Assembly (NCBI GenBank): GCA_963845655.1
Contig: CAWJTB010000002.1
Coordinates: 498,970 to 562,969, forward strand
Direction: 5' to 3'
Length of the DNA stretch: 64,000 nt
DNA from: an uncultured Actinomycetota bacterium
GTDB lineage: Bacteria; Actinomycetota; Actinomycetes; Propionibacteriales; Nocardioidaceae
The translations under genes were made by a program, and so were the position numbers. Below the pieces are notes generated by a model. The model was given only the letters and a program-made list of their open reading frames with translations. It searched no databases and was not told the DNA's origin. Below, piece by piece: positions 49,713 to 62,155 of this stretch (position 1 is the first letter of the stretch; every line of letters begins with the position of its first letter).

Positions 49713-50465
49713 GTGCCCGAGACCGATCTGGTGATCCCCCGCGCGTTCATCGAGTTCGTCGACCCGGCCGACTCCTCGCAGGTCTTCAAGTGCGACCTGA
49801 CCTGGCTGACGTCGCAGTACATGTGCATCTTCGGTCAGGGCTGCTGCGGGATCTACGCCGACCGGCCCGACGACGGCTGCTGCACGCTGGGTGCGCACTT
49901 CTCCGACAAGGACGACGAGCGGCGCACCCGCTCGTTCATGCGGCAGCTGACGCCGCAGACCTGGCAGTTCCACGCCGAGGGCACCCGCAAGAAGAGCTCT
50001 TGGATCGAGACCGACGAGGAGGGCGACCGCAAGACGGCCGTGCACGAGGGTGCCTGCATCTTCTTGAACCGTCCCGGCTTCGAGGGCGGCGAGGGCTGCG
50101 CGCTGCACAGCCTGGCGCTGCGGCAGGGTCGCAACCCCCTGGAGACCAAGCCCGACGTCTGCTGGCAGCTGCCGATCCGGCGGACGTTCCGCGACGTCGA
50201 GCTGCCGGACGGCACGGAGTACACCGAGGTCAGCATCGGCGAGTACGACCGTCGCGGCTGGGGCCCCGGCGGCCACGACCTGGACTGGTACTGCACCGGC
50301 AACCCCGACGCGCACGTCGCTCCGGACCCGCTCTACGTCACCAACGCGCCCGAGCTGACCGAGCTGATGGGCCAGGCTGCCTACGACGAGCTCGTCGACC
50401 ACTGCGAGACCCACCTGGCCTCACGCTCCCTGCTCGCCCTGCACCCCGCCGACCCGCGCCGCTGA
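49713..50465 (+). CDS. Conserved Cys-rich actinobacterial protein of unknown function
   Basis: [44 protein letters not shown] and WYC; divergent from ppx. Confidence 0.8.
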   Translation: MPETDLVIPRAFIEFVDPADSSQVFKCDLTWLTSQYMCIFGQGCCGIYADRPDDGCCTLGAHFSDKDDERRTRSFMRQLTPQTWQFHAEGTRKKSSWIETDEEGDRKTAVHEGACIFLNRPGFEGGEGCALHSLALRQGRNPLETKPDVCWQLPIRRTFRDVELPDGTEYTEVSIGEYDRRGWGPGGHDLDWYCTGNPDAHVAPDPLYVTNAPELTELMGQAAYDELVDHCETHLASRSLLALHPADPRR

Positions 50466-50550
50466 CCGCTGAGGGACCCGTGCCGACCCGCCCCCGGTCA
50501 ACGCGACCCCGGTGTGCGGGCCCGGTGCGCGGATGGTGAGAATGCTTGGC

Positions 50551-51186
50551 ATGCGACTGGACCACGTCTCGTACGCCGCAGGACCGGACGGCCTCGCGAG
50601 CACCGCCGCTCGACTCGGCGAGCTCCTCGGCGAGGAGTTCCGCGATGGCGGCATCCACCCCCGCTTCGGCACGCGCAACATGGTGCTGCCGCTGACCGCC
50701 GGCACCTACGTCGAAGTCGTGTCCGTGCTGGACCACCCGGCCTCCGACAAGGCCCCCTTCGGGCAGGCCGTCCGGGCCCGTTCGGAGCTCGGCGGCGGCT
50801 GGCTCGGCTGGGTGGTCGCGGTCGACGACATGGCCAAGGTCGAGGAACGGCTGGGCCGCCAGTCCGTGCAGGGCAACCGGCACCGGCCCGACGGCGTCGA
50901 GCTGCGCTGGCGCCAGATCGGCGTGCGAGGCCTGCAGTCCGACCCGCAGCTGCCGTACTTCGTGCAGTGGCAGACCCCCGACCTGCATCCGTCGGCGCAC
51001 AGCACCGGCCAGGTCGCCCTGACGTCGCTGGAGATCGCCGGTGACCCGCACCGGGTCAGCGACTGGCTCGGCAACTCCGTCGAAGGTCCGCTCGAGGACG
51101 TCGACGTCGAGTGGGTCGCCCCGCACGACGCCCCCGGCGTGGTGGCCGCGAAGTTCCGCACCGCGAGCGGCGAGGTCCGGATCTAG
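50551..51186 (+). CDS. VOC/glyoxalase-like family protein
   Basis: MRLDHV...GGIHPRFGTRN...YVEV...LPYFVQW...HPS. Confidence 0.85.
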   Translation: MRLDHVSYAAGPDGLASTAARLGELLGEEFRDGGIHPRFGTRNMVLPLTAGTYVEVVSVLDHPASDKAPFGQAVRARSELGGGWLGWVVAVDDMAKVEERLGRQSVQGNRHRPDGVELRWRQIGVRGLQSDPQLPYFVQWQTPDLHPSAHSTGQVALTSLEIAGDPHRVSDWLGNSVEGPLEDVDVEWVAPHDAPGVVAAKFRTASGEVRI

Positions 51187-51199
51187 CCTCCCCGACCCC

Positions 51200-51910
51200 G
51201 TGGAGCCGTTGCCGGGCGCGGTCCCGAGCCCGAACATCTGGAACCATCCCGAGACCTACGAGCTCGAGAACCGCTCGGTCGATCCCGACGGCGTCATCGA
51301 GGCCGCGATGGTCCGGGTGCTGGACGGCGAGGGCTGGGTCGGTCGCGACGTCCTCGACCTCGGCTGCGGCACCGGCTTCCACCTGCCCCGGTGGGCGTCC
51401 ACGGCCCGCTTCGTCCACGGCGTCGAGCCGCACCCGGCCCTGGCGGCGGTCGCTGCCCGTCGTACGCGTCGGTGGGACAACGTCCGCGTGCTCCCAGGTA
51501 CGGCACAGCGGATCCCGCTCGCCACGGCGAGCGTCGACGTCGTGCAGGCACGCTGGTCCTACTTCTTCGGGCCCGGGTGCGAGCCCGGCCTGGTGGAGGT
51601 CGAGCGCGTACTGCGCGCCGGGGGCACGGCATTCGTCATCGACAACGACCCGACCCGCAGCACGTTCGGAGCGTGGTTCCGGCGGGGCTATCCCGACGTG
51701 GTGCCGGCCGAGGTCGAGCGGTTCTGGGAGACGCGCGGCTGGCGTCGCGAGCAGCTGGACATCCGATGGCGCTTCGCGACGCGCGAGGAGCTGGCCGCGG
51801 TCGTCCGCATCGAGCTCGATCCGGGGACGGCGGAACGGGCGCTGGCCGAGCACGAGGGCACGGAGGTCGACTATGCGGTCAACCTCTGGTGGCGGCGCTT
51901 CCCGGACTAG
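51200..51910 (+). CDS. Class I SAM-dependent methyltransferase
   Basis: VLDLGCGTG, GVEP and RVLRAGG motifs; start uncertain. Confidence 0.85.
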   Translation: MEPLPGAVPSPNIWNHPETYELENRSVDPDGVIEAAMVRVLDGEGWVGRDVLDLGCGTGFHLPRWASTARFVHGVEPHPALAAVAARRTRRWDNVRVLPGTAQRIPLATASVDVVQARWSYFFGPGCEPGLVEVERVLRAGGTAFVIDNDPTRSTFGAWFRRGYPDVVPAEVERFWETRGWRREQLDIRWRFATREELAAVVRIELDPGTAERALAEHEGTEVDYAVNLWWRRFPD

Positions 51911-53004
51911 CTGGTCGCCCGCACCGTCAGCGTCGGCGCCAGCACCGTGCCCTGGTGGGGGATCGGCCGGTGCGCGAGCAGCTCACCGAGCAGCCGCACC
52001 ACCTCGACCGCCACCTGCTCGAGCGGCTGCCGCACGGAGGTGAGCGCGGGGGTCGACACCTGGGCCGCGATCGAGTCGTCGAACCCGACGACCGCGACGT
52101 CCCGCCCCGCCCGCAGGCCGCGCTCGTCGAGGGCGCGCAGCACCCCCATCGCGATCGTGTCGCTGGCGCACAGGAACGCCGTGGGCGACGAGTCGGGGGC
52201 GTCGAGCAGGGCGTGGGCGGCGCGGCTGCCGAACTCCAGGGTGTCCTCGCCGCGGGCCGAGAGCTGGCTGGTCGACAGGCCGTGCTCGTGCATCCGGTCG
52301 ACCCAGCCGGAGCGGCGGTCCTCGCCGATCAGCGAGCCCTTCACCCAGCCCACCCAGGCGACCCGCTGGTGGCCGCGCTGCACCAGGTGGTCCACCGCGT
52401 CGACGACGCCCGCGCGGCCGTCCACGTCCACCCACGGGTGCCGGGCGCCCGGGTCGTCCCACGGGCGGCCGAACGCCACGAAGGGCACCGACCGCTCGGC
52501 GAGCCAGGCGGCGTGCGGGTTGCCGCGGTAGGTGTCGGTGATGACGAAGGCGTCGACGGCCGCGGAGCGCAACAGCTCGTCGTAGCCCTCGCCTGCCTCG
52601 TCCTCGCCGTCGGCGGTGAACAGCAGCACGTGGTAGCCGGCCGTCCGGGTGGTGTCGACCAGCGAGTGCACGAACCGGTCCATCAAGGCGTTGGCGCTGT
52701 CCTCGACGGCCGGGTCGACCCGCAGGCCGATGAGGTGCGAGCTGCGGGTGCGCAGGTTGCGGGCGGCGCGGTTGGGCGAGTAGCCCAGCCGCTCGATCGC
52801 CTCCTGCACCCGGGCCAGGGTGTCGGGCCGGAGCAGCTCAGGGCTGTTGAGCGCGTTGGACACCGTCTGCCGCGAGACGCCGGCCTCCTCGGCGACGGTG
52901 GCGAGCGTCGGCGCGCTCGTCGGCGGAGCTGCCGTCGGCGGCGATCCGTCACTGGCCCCGGCACCCGCAGCCGCCCGCGGCGAGACGCGCGACGGGTGCG
53001 GCAT
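51907..53004 (-). CDS. LacI family transcriptional regulator
   Basis: TLATVAEEAGVSRQTVSNALN, YSPNRAARNL, VGFDD and LTSVRQP motifs. Confidence 0.92.
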   Translation of the reverse strand: MPHPSRVSPRAAAGAGASDGSPPTAAPPTSAPTLATVAEEAGVSRQTVSNALNSPELLRPDTLARVQEAIERLGYSPNRAARNLRTRSSHLIGLRVDPAVEDSANALMDRFVHSLVDTTRTAGYHVLLFTADGEDEAGEGYDELLRSAAVDAFVITDTYRGNPHAAWLAERSVPFVAFGRPWDDPGARHPWVDVDGRAGVVDAVDHLVQRGHQRVAWVGWVKGSLIGEDRRSGWVDRMHEHGLSTSQLSARGEDTLEFGSRAAHALLDAPDSSPTAFLCASDTIAMGVLRALDERGLRAGRDVAVVGFDDSIAAQVSTPALTSVRQPLEQVAVEVVRLLGELLAHRPIPHQGTVLAPTLTVRATS

Positions 53005-53030
53005 CGGATGTTCCCCCAGGTCAGACGGCT

Positions 53031-53044
53031 GTTGATCGATCCAA
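53031..53044. promoter_or_regulatory. Putative LacI operator
   Basis: GTTGATCGATCCAA, a near-palindrome with the central CG typical of LacI sites, about 27 bp upstream of the lacI-family gene. Confidence 0.5.
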
Positions 53045-53159
53045 GCATCGTGCCGGCCGCGCGCTGCGTCAACCGGGGCCCCCGCGGCGGGGCGACGCGA
53101 CGCCGGCACCCCGCCGTGCCTGCGCCCGGTTGTCGGTGCCCTGCCCTAGCGTCCGGGGC

Positions 53160-54614
53160 ATGAGCAAAGCGAAGGCCCGACCGAGCCGACCGGCCTACCG
53201 CTGCTCCGAGTGCGGCTGGGAGACGGTCAAGTGGGTGGGCCGCTGCGGAGAGTGCCAGGCGTGGGGCAGCGTGGCCGAGGTCGCCGCGGCCGGCCCCCAG
53301 GGCCGCACGGCGGCGGGTCCGGTCACCACGCCCGCCGTCCCGATCACCCAGGTGTCGGTCCAGGACTCCTTCTCGCGCACCAGCGGGATCCCGGAGCTCG
53401 ACCGGGTGCTCGGCGGCGGCATCGTGCCCGGGGCTGCGGTGCTGCTCGCGGGTGAGCCGGGCGTCGGCAAGTCCACGCTGCTGCTCGAGGTGGCCGCGCA
53501 GACCGCCCGGTCCGGGCTGCGCACGCTCTACGTCACCGGCGAGGAGTCCGCCTCCCAGGTGCGGCTGCGAGCCGACCGCACCGGAGGCGTGCACGACGAG
53601 CTGTTCCTCGCGGCCGAGACCGACCTCGGCGCCCTGCTCGGGCACGTCGAGGCGGTTCGCCCGCAGCTGCTGGTCGTCGACTCCGTGCAGACCATCGGTG
53701 CCGCCGACGTCGACGGCGTCCCCGGCGGTGTCACGCAGGTCAAGGAGGTGGCGGCCGCGCTGGTGCGGGTCGCCAAGACGCAGAACATCGCGACCGTCAT
53801 GGTCGGCCACGTCACCAAGGACGGCAGCATCGCCGGCCCGCGCGTGCTCGAGCACCTCGTCGACGTGGTCCTGCACTTCGAGGGTGAGCGCAGCAGCCGG
53901 CTGCGGATGGTGCGCGCGGTGAAGAACCGCTTCGGTCCCGTCGACGAGGTCGGCTGCTTCGACCTGTCCGGGGAGGGGATCGTCGCGGTGACCGACCCCA
54001 CGGGGCTGTTCGTGGCCCGTCACCACGAGCCCGTGCCCGGCACCTGCGTCAGCGTGGTGCTCGAGGGCCGGCGCCCGATCCTCGCCGAGGTGCAGGCCCT
54101 GGTGACTCCCTCGGCGGCCGAGCGTCCCCGCCGCACGACCTCCGGGCTGGACTCCTCCCGGATCGCCATGGTGGTCGCGGTGCTCCAGCAGCGCGCCCGG
54201 ATCCGGCTGCACACCCACGACGTCTTCGCCTCCACCGTCGGCGGGGTCCGGATCACCGAGCCGGCCGCCGACCTCGCCTCGGCGATCGCGGTCGCGTCGG
54301 CCTGGAAGCAGCGCGACATCCCCACCGACCTGGTGGCGATCGGCGAGCTCGGCCTCGCCGGCGAGCTGCGGCGCGTCCGCGACACTCCGCTGCGACTCGC
54401 CGAGGCCGCGCGTCTGGGCTTCCGAGGCGCGATCGTGCCGGCCGACTCCCAGCGCGAGTCGGGGGTCGTGCGGATGGTCGAGGGCATGAAGGTGGTCGGC
54501 GTCCCCGACGTCGACGCCGCCCTGCGCGTGCTCGATCTCGGAGTCAAGGACGCGGACCCGGTCTTCAAGGTGCACCGCACCGAGCCGGGTCGCCCGGCGC
54601 TGCGCGGCGTCTGA
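53160..54614 (+). CDS. radA: DNA repair protein RadA/Sms
   Basis: CSECG...GRCGEC zinc finger, [14 protein letters not shown] and GELGLAGE motifs. Confidence 0.96.
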   Translation: MSKAKARPSRPAYRCSECGWETVKWVGRCGECQAWGSVAEVAAAGPQGRTAAGPVTTPAVPITQVSVQDSFSRTSGIPELDRVLGGGIVPGAAVLLAGEPGVGKSTLLLEVAAQTARSGLRTLYVTGEESASQVRLRADRTGGVHDELFLAAETDLGALLGHVEAVRPQLLVVDSVQTIGAADVDGVPGGVTQVKEVAAALVRVAKTQNIATVMVGHVTKDGSIAGPRVLEHLVDVVLHFEGERSSRLRMVRAVKNRFGPVDEVGCFDLSGEGIVAVTDPTGLFVARHHEPVPGTCVSVVLEGRRPILAEVQALVTPSAAERPRRTTSGLDSSRIAMVVAVLQQRARIRLHTHDVFASTVGGVRITEPAADLASAIAVASAWKQRDIPTDLVAIGELGLAGELRRVRDTPLRLAEAARLGFRGAIVPADSQRESGVVRMVEGMKVVGVPDVDAALRVLDLGVKDADPVFKVHRTEPGRPALRGV

Positions 54615-54709
54615 GACCGGCTCCCCCTAGACTGGCGCTACGAGGACCGGAGGGGTGTCCTGCGCCGACACCGAGCCGACGGCAGGCACAGCACAGACCG
54701 GGGAGACAC

Positions 54710-55795
54710 GTGGCAGCCAACGAGCGCACCGACGAGGTGCTCCGGTTGCGGGCGACCCTGGCCAGCATCGCCCCCGGCACCCAGCTGCGCGACGGCCTCG
54801 AGCGGATCCTGCGCGGGCGCACCGGGGCCCTGCTGGTGCTCGGCAGCGACAAGGTGGTCGACTCGATCTCGACCGGCGGCTTCTTCCTCGACATCCCCTT
54901 CACGGCCACCGGGCTCCGCGAGCTGGCCAAGATGGACGGCGCGATGGTGCTCGACAAGGAGGCTCAGCGGATCCTGCATGCCGCGGTCCACCTGATGCCG
55001 GACCCCAGCATCTTCTCCGACGAGACCGGCACCCGGCACCGCACGGCCGACCGGGTGGCGCGCCAGAGCGGCTTCCCGGTCATCTCGGTCTCGCAGTCGA
55101 TGCAGATCATCGCGGTCTACGTCGGCGGGACCCGCTACGTGCTCGAGGCCTCCGGGCAGATCCTGTCCCGCGCCAACCAGGCGCTCGCCACCCTCGAGCG
55201 CTACAAGATGCGCCTCGACGAGGTGTCCAGCACGCTCTCCGCGCTGGAGATCGAGGACCTGGTCACGACCCGCGACGTCGCGGTCGTCGCCCAGCGGCTG
55301 GAGATGGTGACCCGGATCGCGCGGGAGATCGAGGACTACGTGCTCGAGCTCGGCAGCGACGGCCGCCTGCTCTCCCTCCAGCTCGACGAGCTCGTCACGG
55401 GCGTCGACATCGAGCGCGAGCTGGTGATCCGCGACTACCTGCCGCCCACCCGGCGCAAGCGCAGCCCCGGCGACGTCCTCAACGACCTCGAGACGCTGAG
55501 CCCCACCGACCTGGTCGACATCGCCGCCGTGGCCCGCGCGCTCGGACTCGGCGCCAGTGAGCACCTCGACGGCGCGGTCACCCCCCGCGGCTACCGCCTG
55601 CTGGCCAAGGTGCCCCGCCTGCCCGGTGCGGTCGTGGACCGCCTCGTCGAGCACTTCGGCAGCCTGCAGAAGCTCCTCTCGGCGAGCATCGACGACCTGC
55701 AGGCGGTCGACGGCGTCGGCGAGCTGCGCGCTCGCAGCGTGCGCGAGGGCCTCTCCCGGCTGGCCGAGTCCAGCATCCTGGAACGCTATGTATGA
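54710..55795 (+). CDS. disA: Diadenylate cyclase DisA
   Basis: ELAKMDGA and [11 protein letters not shown] motifs; C-terminal HhH; follows radA. Confidence 0.96.
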   Translation: MAANERTDEVLRLRATLASIAPGTQLRDGLERILRGRTGALLVLGSDKVVDSISTGGFFLDIPFTATGLRELAKMDGAMVLDKEAQRILHAAVHLMPDPSIFSDETGTRHRTADRVARQSGFPVISVSQSMQIIAVYVGGTRYVLEASGQILSRANQALATLERYKMRLDEVSSTLSALEIEDLVTTRDVAVVAQRLEMVTRIAREIEDYVLELGSDGRLLSLQLDELVTGVDIERELVIRDYLPPTRRKRSPGDVLNDLETLSPTDLVDIAAVARALGLGASEHLDGAVTPRGYRLLAKVPRLPGAVVDRLVEHFGSLQKLLSASIDDLQAVDGVGELRARSVREGLSRLAESSILERYV

Positions 55796-56249
55796 CGCCC
55801 TGATCCTCGTCACCGCGGTGGCGTGCGGCCTCGTCGGCGGAGTGTTCTTCGCGTTCTCGACGTTCGTGATGGACGGGCTCTCCCGGCTGCCCGCGACGCC
55901 CGGGATCGCAGCGATGCAGGCGATCAACCGGGCCGCCGTACGCCCGGCCTTCCTGGCGCTGCTGCTCGGGACGGCTGCGTTGTGCATCGTCGCGGCCGTG
56001 CTGTCGGTCTCGCGCGGTGACGTGCTCGTCATGGTGGCGGCGATCGTCTACGTCGCCGGTGCCGTGGTGCTCACGGGCGCCGTCCACGTGCCGCTCAACA
56101 AGCGGGTCGACGCGCTCGAGCCCGACGACGAGGTGACCCACCCGGTGTGGACGGACTACCTGCGGCGCTGGGTGCGCGCGAACCACCTGCGCACCGTCGC
56201 CGGCGCCGCGTCCTGCGGGCTGCTGGTCGGCTCGCTGCTCGCGCGCTGA
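55788..56249 (+). CDS. DUF1772 / anthrone oxygenase family membrane protein
   Basis: [14 protein letters not shown]...GIAAMQAIN...HVPLN...W..ANHLRT. Confidence 0.8.
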   Translation: MYDALILVTAVACGLVGGVFFAFSTFVMDGLSRLPATPGIAAMQAINRAAVRPAFLALLLGTAALCIVAAVLSVSRGDVLVMVAAIVYVAGAVVLTGAVHVPLNKRVDALEPDDEVTHPVWTDYLRRWVRANHLRTVAGAASCGLLVGSLLAR

Positions 56250-56251
56250 CC

Positions 56252-57013
56252 TCAGCGGCTCTTCTTCTTGGCCTTCGGGCTCGGCGTCGGGGTCTTCGTC
56301 ACCGTCGGTCGCGGCGGCGACTGCAGCAGGAACTGGGTGTCCACCGGCTCGCCACCGAAGACCGCAGCCGCCACGTGGTAGTAGCCGCCCTCGGCCCAGT
56401 CCGTGGTGTCGGTGCAGTCGGCGTCCGAGCGGCGGCCGTTCCAGGTCACGCTGACCGAGACCGGGACGTCCTTGCGGACCACGACCGACTGCTTGGCGAC
56501 CGCACCGCGGCACTCCTGGGTGGACCAGATCCGGTCGCTGCCGGAGGCCAGCCTGACCACGACCGAGTCGGCGGAGACCTCGAAGGTGCAGGCGGGCGTC
56601 GTGCGCGTGGTCAGCACCAGGTCGAACACCGTGGACCGCCCCGCGAAGGCGCTGCCCTTCACCTGCGGGTTGGTGATGATGTCCTGGCCGACGCACGGCC
56701 CGCTGGGGACGGCCAAGGGCGTGGGGGACGGCTTGGGCGTGACCAGCTTGCCGCGCTTGTTGCGTCGTGGCTTCGCCGTCGCGGCGGCCGTCGGCGTGGT
56801 CGGGACCGCCGTGGCCGTGGTCGCTCCGGCAGTCGAGGCAGCGGCGCCGACCGGGCGTGCGGACGGGCCGCCGGTGTCGTCGCCCGCGCCGCCGAGCAGC
56901 CGGGCCACCCCGAAGACCAGGGCGAGGGCCACGGCCAGGACCAGCAGGCGGCGCACCCAGTAGACACGGGCCGGCAGGGGTCGTCGAGAGGGCGCAGGGC
57001 TCACCCGCTCCAC
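56252..57013 (-). CDS. Conserved membrane-anchored protein
   Basis: LPARVYWVRR plus TM helix, Thr/Pro linker and a Cys-containing beta domain (DRIWSTQEC); usual neighbour of disA/mutY; start uncertain. Confidence 0.75.
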   Translation of the reverse strand: MERVSPAPSRRPLPARVYWVRRLLVLAVALALVFGVARLLGGAGDDTGGPSARPVGAAASTAGATTATAVPTTPTAAATAKPRRNKRGKLVTPKPSPTPLAVPSGPCVGQDIITNPQVKGSAFAGRSTVFDLVLTTRTTPACTFEVSADSVVVRLASGSDRIWSTQECRGAVAKQSVVVRKDVPVSVSVTWNGRRSDADCTDTTDWAEGGYYHVAAAVFGGEPVDTQFLLQSPPRPTVTKTPTPSPKAKKKSR

Positions 57014-57080
57014 GCTAGTGCCGCACCCTCCCCCCGCAGCGGTGCCACACCGGGCCGGCCCGGCTAGGGTCGTCCGCACC

Positions 57081-57965
57081 GTGACCGCACCCTCCACCAG
57101 CACGGCGCTCCGCGCCCGCATCCTCAGCTGGTACGACGAGCACGCGCGCACCCTGCCGTGGCGCGAGCCGGAGGCGTCGCCGTGGGCGGTCATGGTCAGC
57201 GAGTTCATGCTGCAGCAGACCCCCGTGGCGCGGGTGCTGCCGGTCTACGAGGCCTGGCTCGACGCGTGGCCGACGCCGGCCGACCTGGCCGCAGTCCCCA
57301 CGGGTGCCGCGGTGCGTGCCTGGGGACGGCTCGGCTACCCGCGCCGCGCGCTGCGGCTGCACGCGGCCGCCACCGCGATCGTCGCCGAGCACGACGGCGA
57401 GGTGCCGGCCGACTACGCCGCCCTGCTGGCGCTGCCGGGCGTCGGCGACTACACGGCCGCGGCGGTGGCGTCGTTCGCCTACCGGCGACGCCACGTCGTG
57501 CTCGACACCAACGTGCGCAGGGTGCTGGCCCGGACCGTGCGGGGTGTGGAGTTCCCCGCGCAGGCGGTCACCCGCGCCGAGCGCGACCTGGCGGCCTCGC
57601 TGCTGCCCGACGACGGGCCGACCGCTGCCGCGTGGGCGGTCGGCACGATGGAGCTCGGCGCCGTGGTGTGCGCGGCCGCGAACCCGCAGTGTGCCGCCTG
57701 CCCGGTCGCCGACCTCTGCGCGTGGCGTGCCGCCGGCTACCCGCCGTACGACGGGCCGCCCCGCAGGGGCCAGACCTACGACGGCACGGACCGCCAGTGT
57801 CGCGGGCGCCTGCTCGGCGTGCTGCGCGACAGTGCCGGCCCCGTGCACGTCACCGCGCTGGAGGGCGTCTGGAGCGCGGACGAGCAGCGCGAACGGTGCC
57901 TGGCCTCGTTGCTCGCCGACGGGCTGGTCGCGCAGGTCTCCGCGCAGACCTACGCCCTCCCCTGA
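57081..57965 (+). CDS. mutY: A/G-specific adenine glycosylase
   Basis: LPWR, VSEFMLQQT, LGYPRRA, LPGVGDYTA and DTNVRRV motifs; C-X6-C-X2-C-X5-C Fe-S cluster. Confidence 0.95.
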   Translation: MTAPSTSTALRARILSWYDEHARTLPWREPEASPWAVMVSEFMLQQTPVARVLPVYEAWLDAWPTPADLAAVPTGAAVRAWGRLGYPRRALRLHAAATAIVAEHDGEVPADYAALLALPGVGDYTAAAVASFAYRRRHVVLDTNVRRVLARTVRGVEFPAQAVTRAERDLAASLLPDDGPTAAAWAVGTMELGAVVCAAANPQCAACPVADLCAWRAAGYPPYDGPPRRGQTYDGTDRQCRGRLLGVLRDSAGPVHVTALEGVWSADEQRERCLASLLADGLVAQVSAQTYALP

Positions 57966-57980
57966 GGAGCCGAGTCCACC

Positions 57981-58539
57981 TCAGCCGGCGGTGATGGCAG
58001 CGATGGCGTCGGCCAGGTCGCGCACGGCCCGCCGCTGCCCGGGGTCGCCCTCGTCGAGCGGCAGGTCGAGCAGGAAGCCCATGAAGGCCGCGTCCAGCAA
58101 GCGCGGTCGCGCGCACCGCCTTCGCATGGGTCGTGCCCGAGGCGACCAGGTGGTCGGCGACCGCGGACACCCACGTCTCGTTGGCCTCCCGCACGACGCT
58201 GGCGTAGGGCTCGCGACCGAACAGGCCCAGGGCGGCCGCCTCGACGTACACCCGCTGGCAGCGCTCGAGCTGCGCCGTCGTGACGGCGGCCCACAGGCCG
58301 AGTACGGCGCGCCGTACGTCCTTGGCGGGACGCAGCGCGTCGATCTCCGCGACGGCGCGGTCGTTGGAGACCCGCAGCACCGTCGCGACGAGGTCGTCCT
58401 TGCTGTCGAAGTGGTAGAGCAGCATCCGGTCGCTGGTGCCGATCGCGGCGGCCAGCGGACGCAGGCTCAGGCCGATCAGCCCGTGCTCGAGCACGTAGTC
58501 GGTCGCGGTCTGGGCGAACTGCTCACGTCGGCTGGTCAC
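57981..58539 (-). CDS. TetR family regulator (frameshift near 58105)
   Basis: SLRPLAAAIGTSDRMLLYHF HTH; C-terminus LDAAFMGFLLDL lies in a shifted frame. Confidence 0.82.
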
Positions 58540-58569
58540 CGGGCTCCCTCGTCTCGAGTCGCCGGAAAG

Positions 58570-58604
58570 TGTAGCGCCTGCTACATTTGTAGCACGTGCT
58601 ACAA
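58570..58604. promoter_or_regulatory. Tandem TetR operators between divergent tetR and smr
   Basis: TGTAGCGCCTGCTACA (58570-58585) and the perfect 18-bp palindrome TTGTAGCACGTGCTACAA (58587-58604). Confidence 0.8.
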
Positions 58605-58623
58605 CGAGCAGGGAGATGTGGTC

Positions 58624-58953
58624 ATGGTCGGGGCGTGGGTGCTTCTGATGGCAGCGATCGGGGTGGAGGTCGCCGCGACGGCAGCGCTGCCGCGCACGCA
58701 GTGGTTCCGCGACCCGGCGTGGACCGCGTTCGTGCTCGGCGGCTACGGCGTCTCGATCTGGCTGCTCGCGACCGTGATCAAGCACATCCCGGTGTCGGTG
58801 ACCTACGCCGTCTGGTCGGGGCTGGGCACGGCCGGCATCGCCCTGGTGGGCGTGCTCCTGCTCGGCGAGCGGTTCGACGCCACCAAGGCGGTCGCGCTGC
58901 TCCTGATCATCGGCGGCGTGCTGATCCTCAACCTGAACGGCGCCGCCCACTAG
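58624..58953 (+). CDS. SMR (DMT) family small multidrug efflux transporter
   Basis: AIGVEVAAT (conserved Glu) and IPVSVTYAVWSGLG; four TM helices, 109 aa. Confidence 0.9.
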   Translation: MVGAWVLLMAAIGVEVAATAALPRTQWFRDPAWTAFVLGGYGVSIWLLATVIKHIPVSVTYAVWSGLGTAGIALVGVLLLGERFDATKAVALLLIIGGVLILNLNGAAH

Positions 58954-58959
58954 CCCACT

Positions 58960-59019
58960 CCCCGATTCGTCTGCGATCACCATGCGGCCGGGGCCGTCTG
59001 GATCGCAGACGAATCGGGG
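58960..59019. repeat. 19-bp perfect inverted repeat between convergent smr and clpC
   Basis: CCCCGATTCGTCTGCGATC-N22-GATCGCAGACGAATCGGGG. Confidence 0.8.
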
Positions 59020-59027
59020 CGGTGGGG

Positions 59028-61536
<2,509 letters not shown>

Positions 61537-61696
61537 TTCCATCGCTCCTTGCCGTGCTGCCGATCCACGTCGCCTGGGGGTTCCCGCAGACACGGTGGGA
61601 CATGCGTTGCTGGCAACCCTAGTCCCGCGACCTTGCGCGACTCGGGCGATCCAGGACCCGGGTCACGGAGGTGGACCGGGTGCTTACGTCAGACTC

Positions 61697-61722
61697 AACC
61701 CCGTCGCCAGCCTACGTGTTCC
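61697..61722 (-). promoter_or_regulatory. SigR/SigH-type stress promoter of clpC
   Basis: Minus strand GGAAC-N18-GTT. Confidence 0.65.
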
Positions 61723-61742
61723 CGCCTCAGGTCGTTAAAGCA

Positions 61743-61757
61743 TTCGCCGACAGCGAA
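61743..61757. promoter_or_regulatory. ClgR-type operator upstream of clpC
   Basis: TTCGC-CGACA-GCGAA, the CGC-N5-GCG palindrome, 20 bp upstream of the -35 element. Confidence 0.7.
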
Positions 61758-61819
61758 CAGGGGGTGCCCTGCCGGCCGTCGGCGGTGTGCTCGGGGGAGG
61801 CTCGCCCCGGCCCGAGGTG

Positions 61820-62155
61820 CTAGTTGGCGGCGGCGTAGGCCTCGCGTACGTCGGCGCTGACGCGACCGCGCTCGGGGACGTCGAAGCCGTTCTCGCGGGC
61901 CCACGCCCGGATGTCCGCGGCGCTGGCGGCGTCACCGGACGGGGCGGGCGCGGAGGCGCGGCGGCCCGACTTGCGACGGCCACCCGTGCGCCGGCCGTGA
62001 CCGATGTAGAGCGAGAGGGCGTCACGCAGCTTCGCGGCGTGCTTGTCGGAGAGGTCGATCTCGTAGTCGACCCCGTCGAGGGCGAAGCTGACGGTCTCGG
62101 TCGCGTCCAGGCCGTCGATGTCGTCGACGAGAACCACGTTCACACGCTGTGCCAT
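61820..62155 (-). CDS. lsr2: Nucleoid-associated protein Lsr2
   Basis: MAQRVNVVLVDDIDG, YEIDLS and IRAWARENGFDVPERGRV (AT-hook RGR). Confidence 0.96.
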   Translation of the reverse strand: MAQRVNVVLVDDIDGLDATETVSFALDGVDYEIDLSDKHAAKLRDALSLYIGHGRRTGGRRKSGRRASAPAPSGDAASAADIRAWARENGFDVPERGRVSADVREAYAAAN

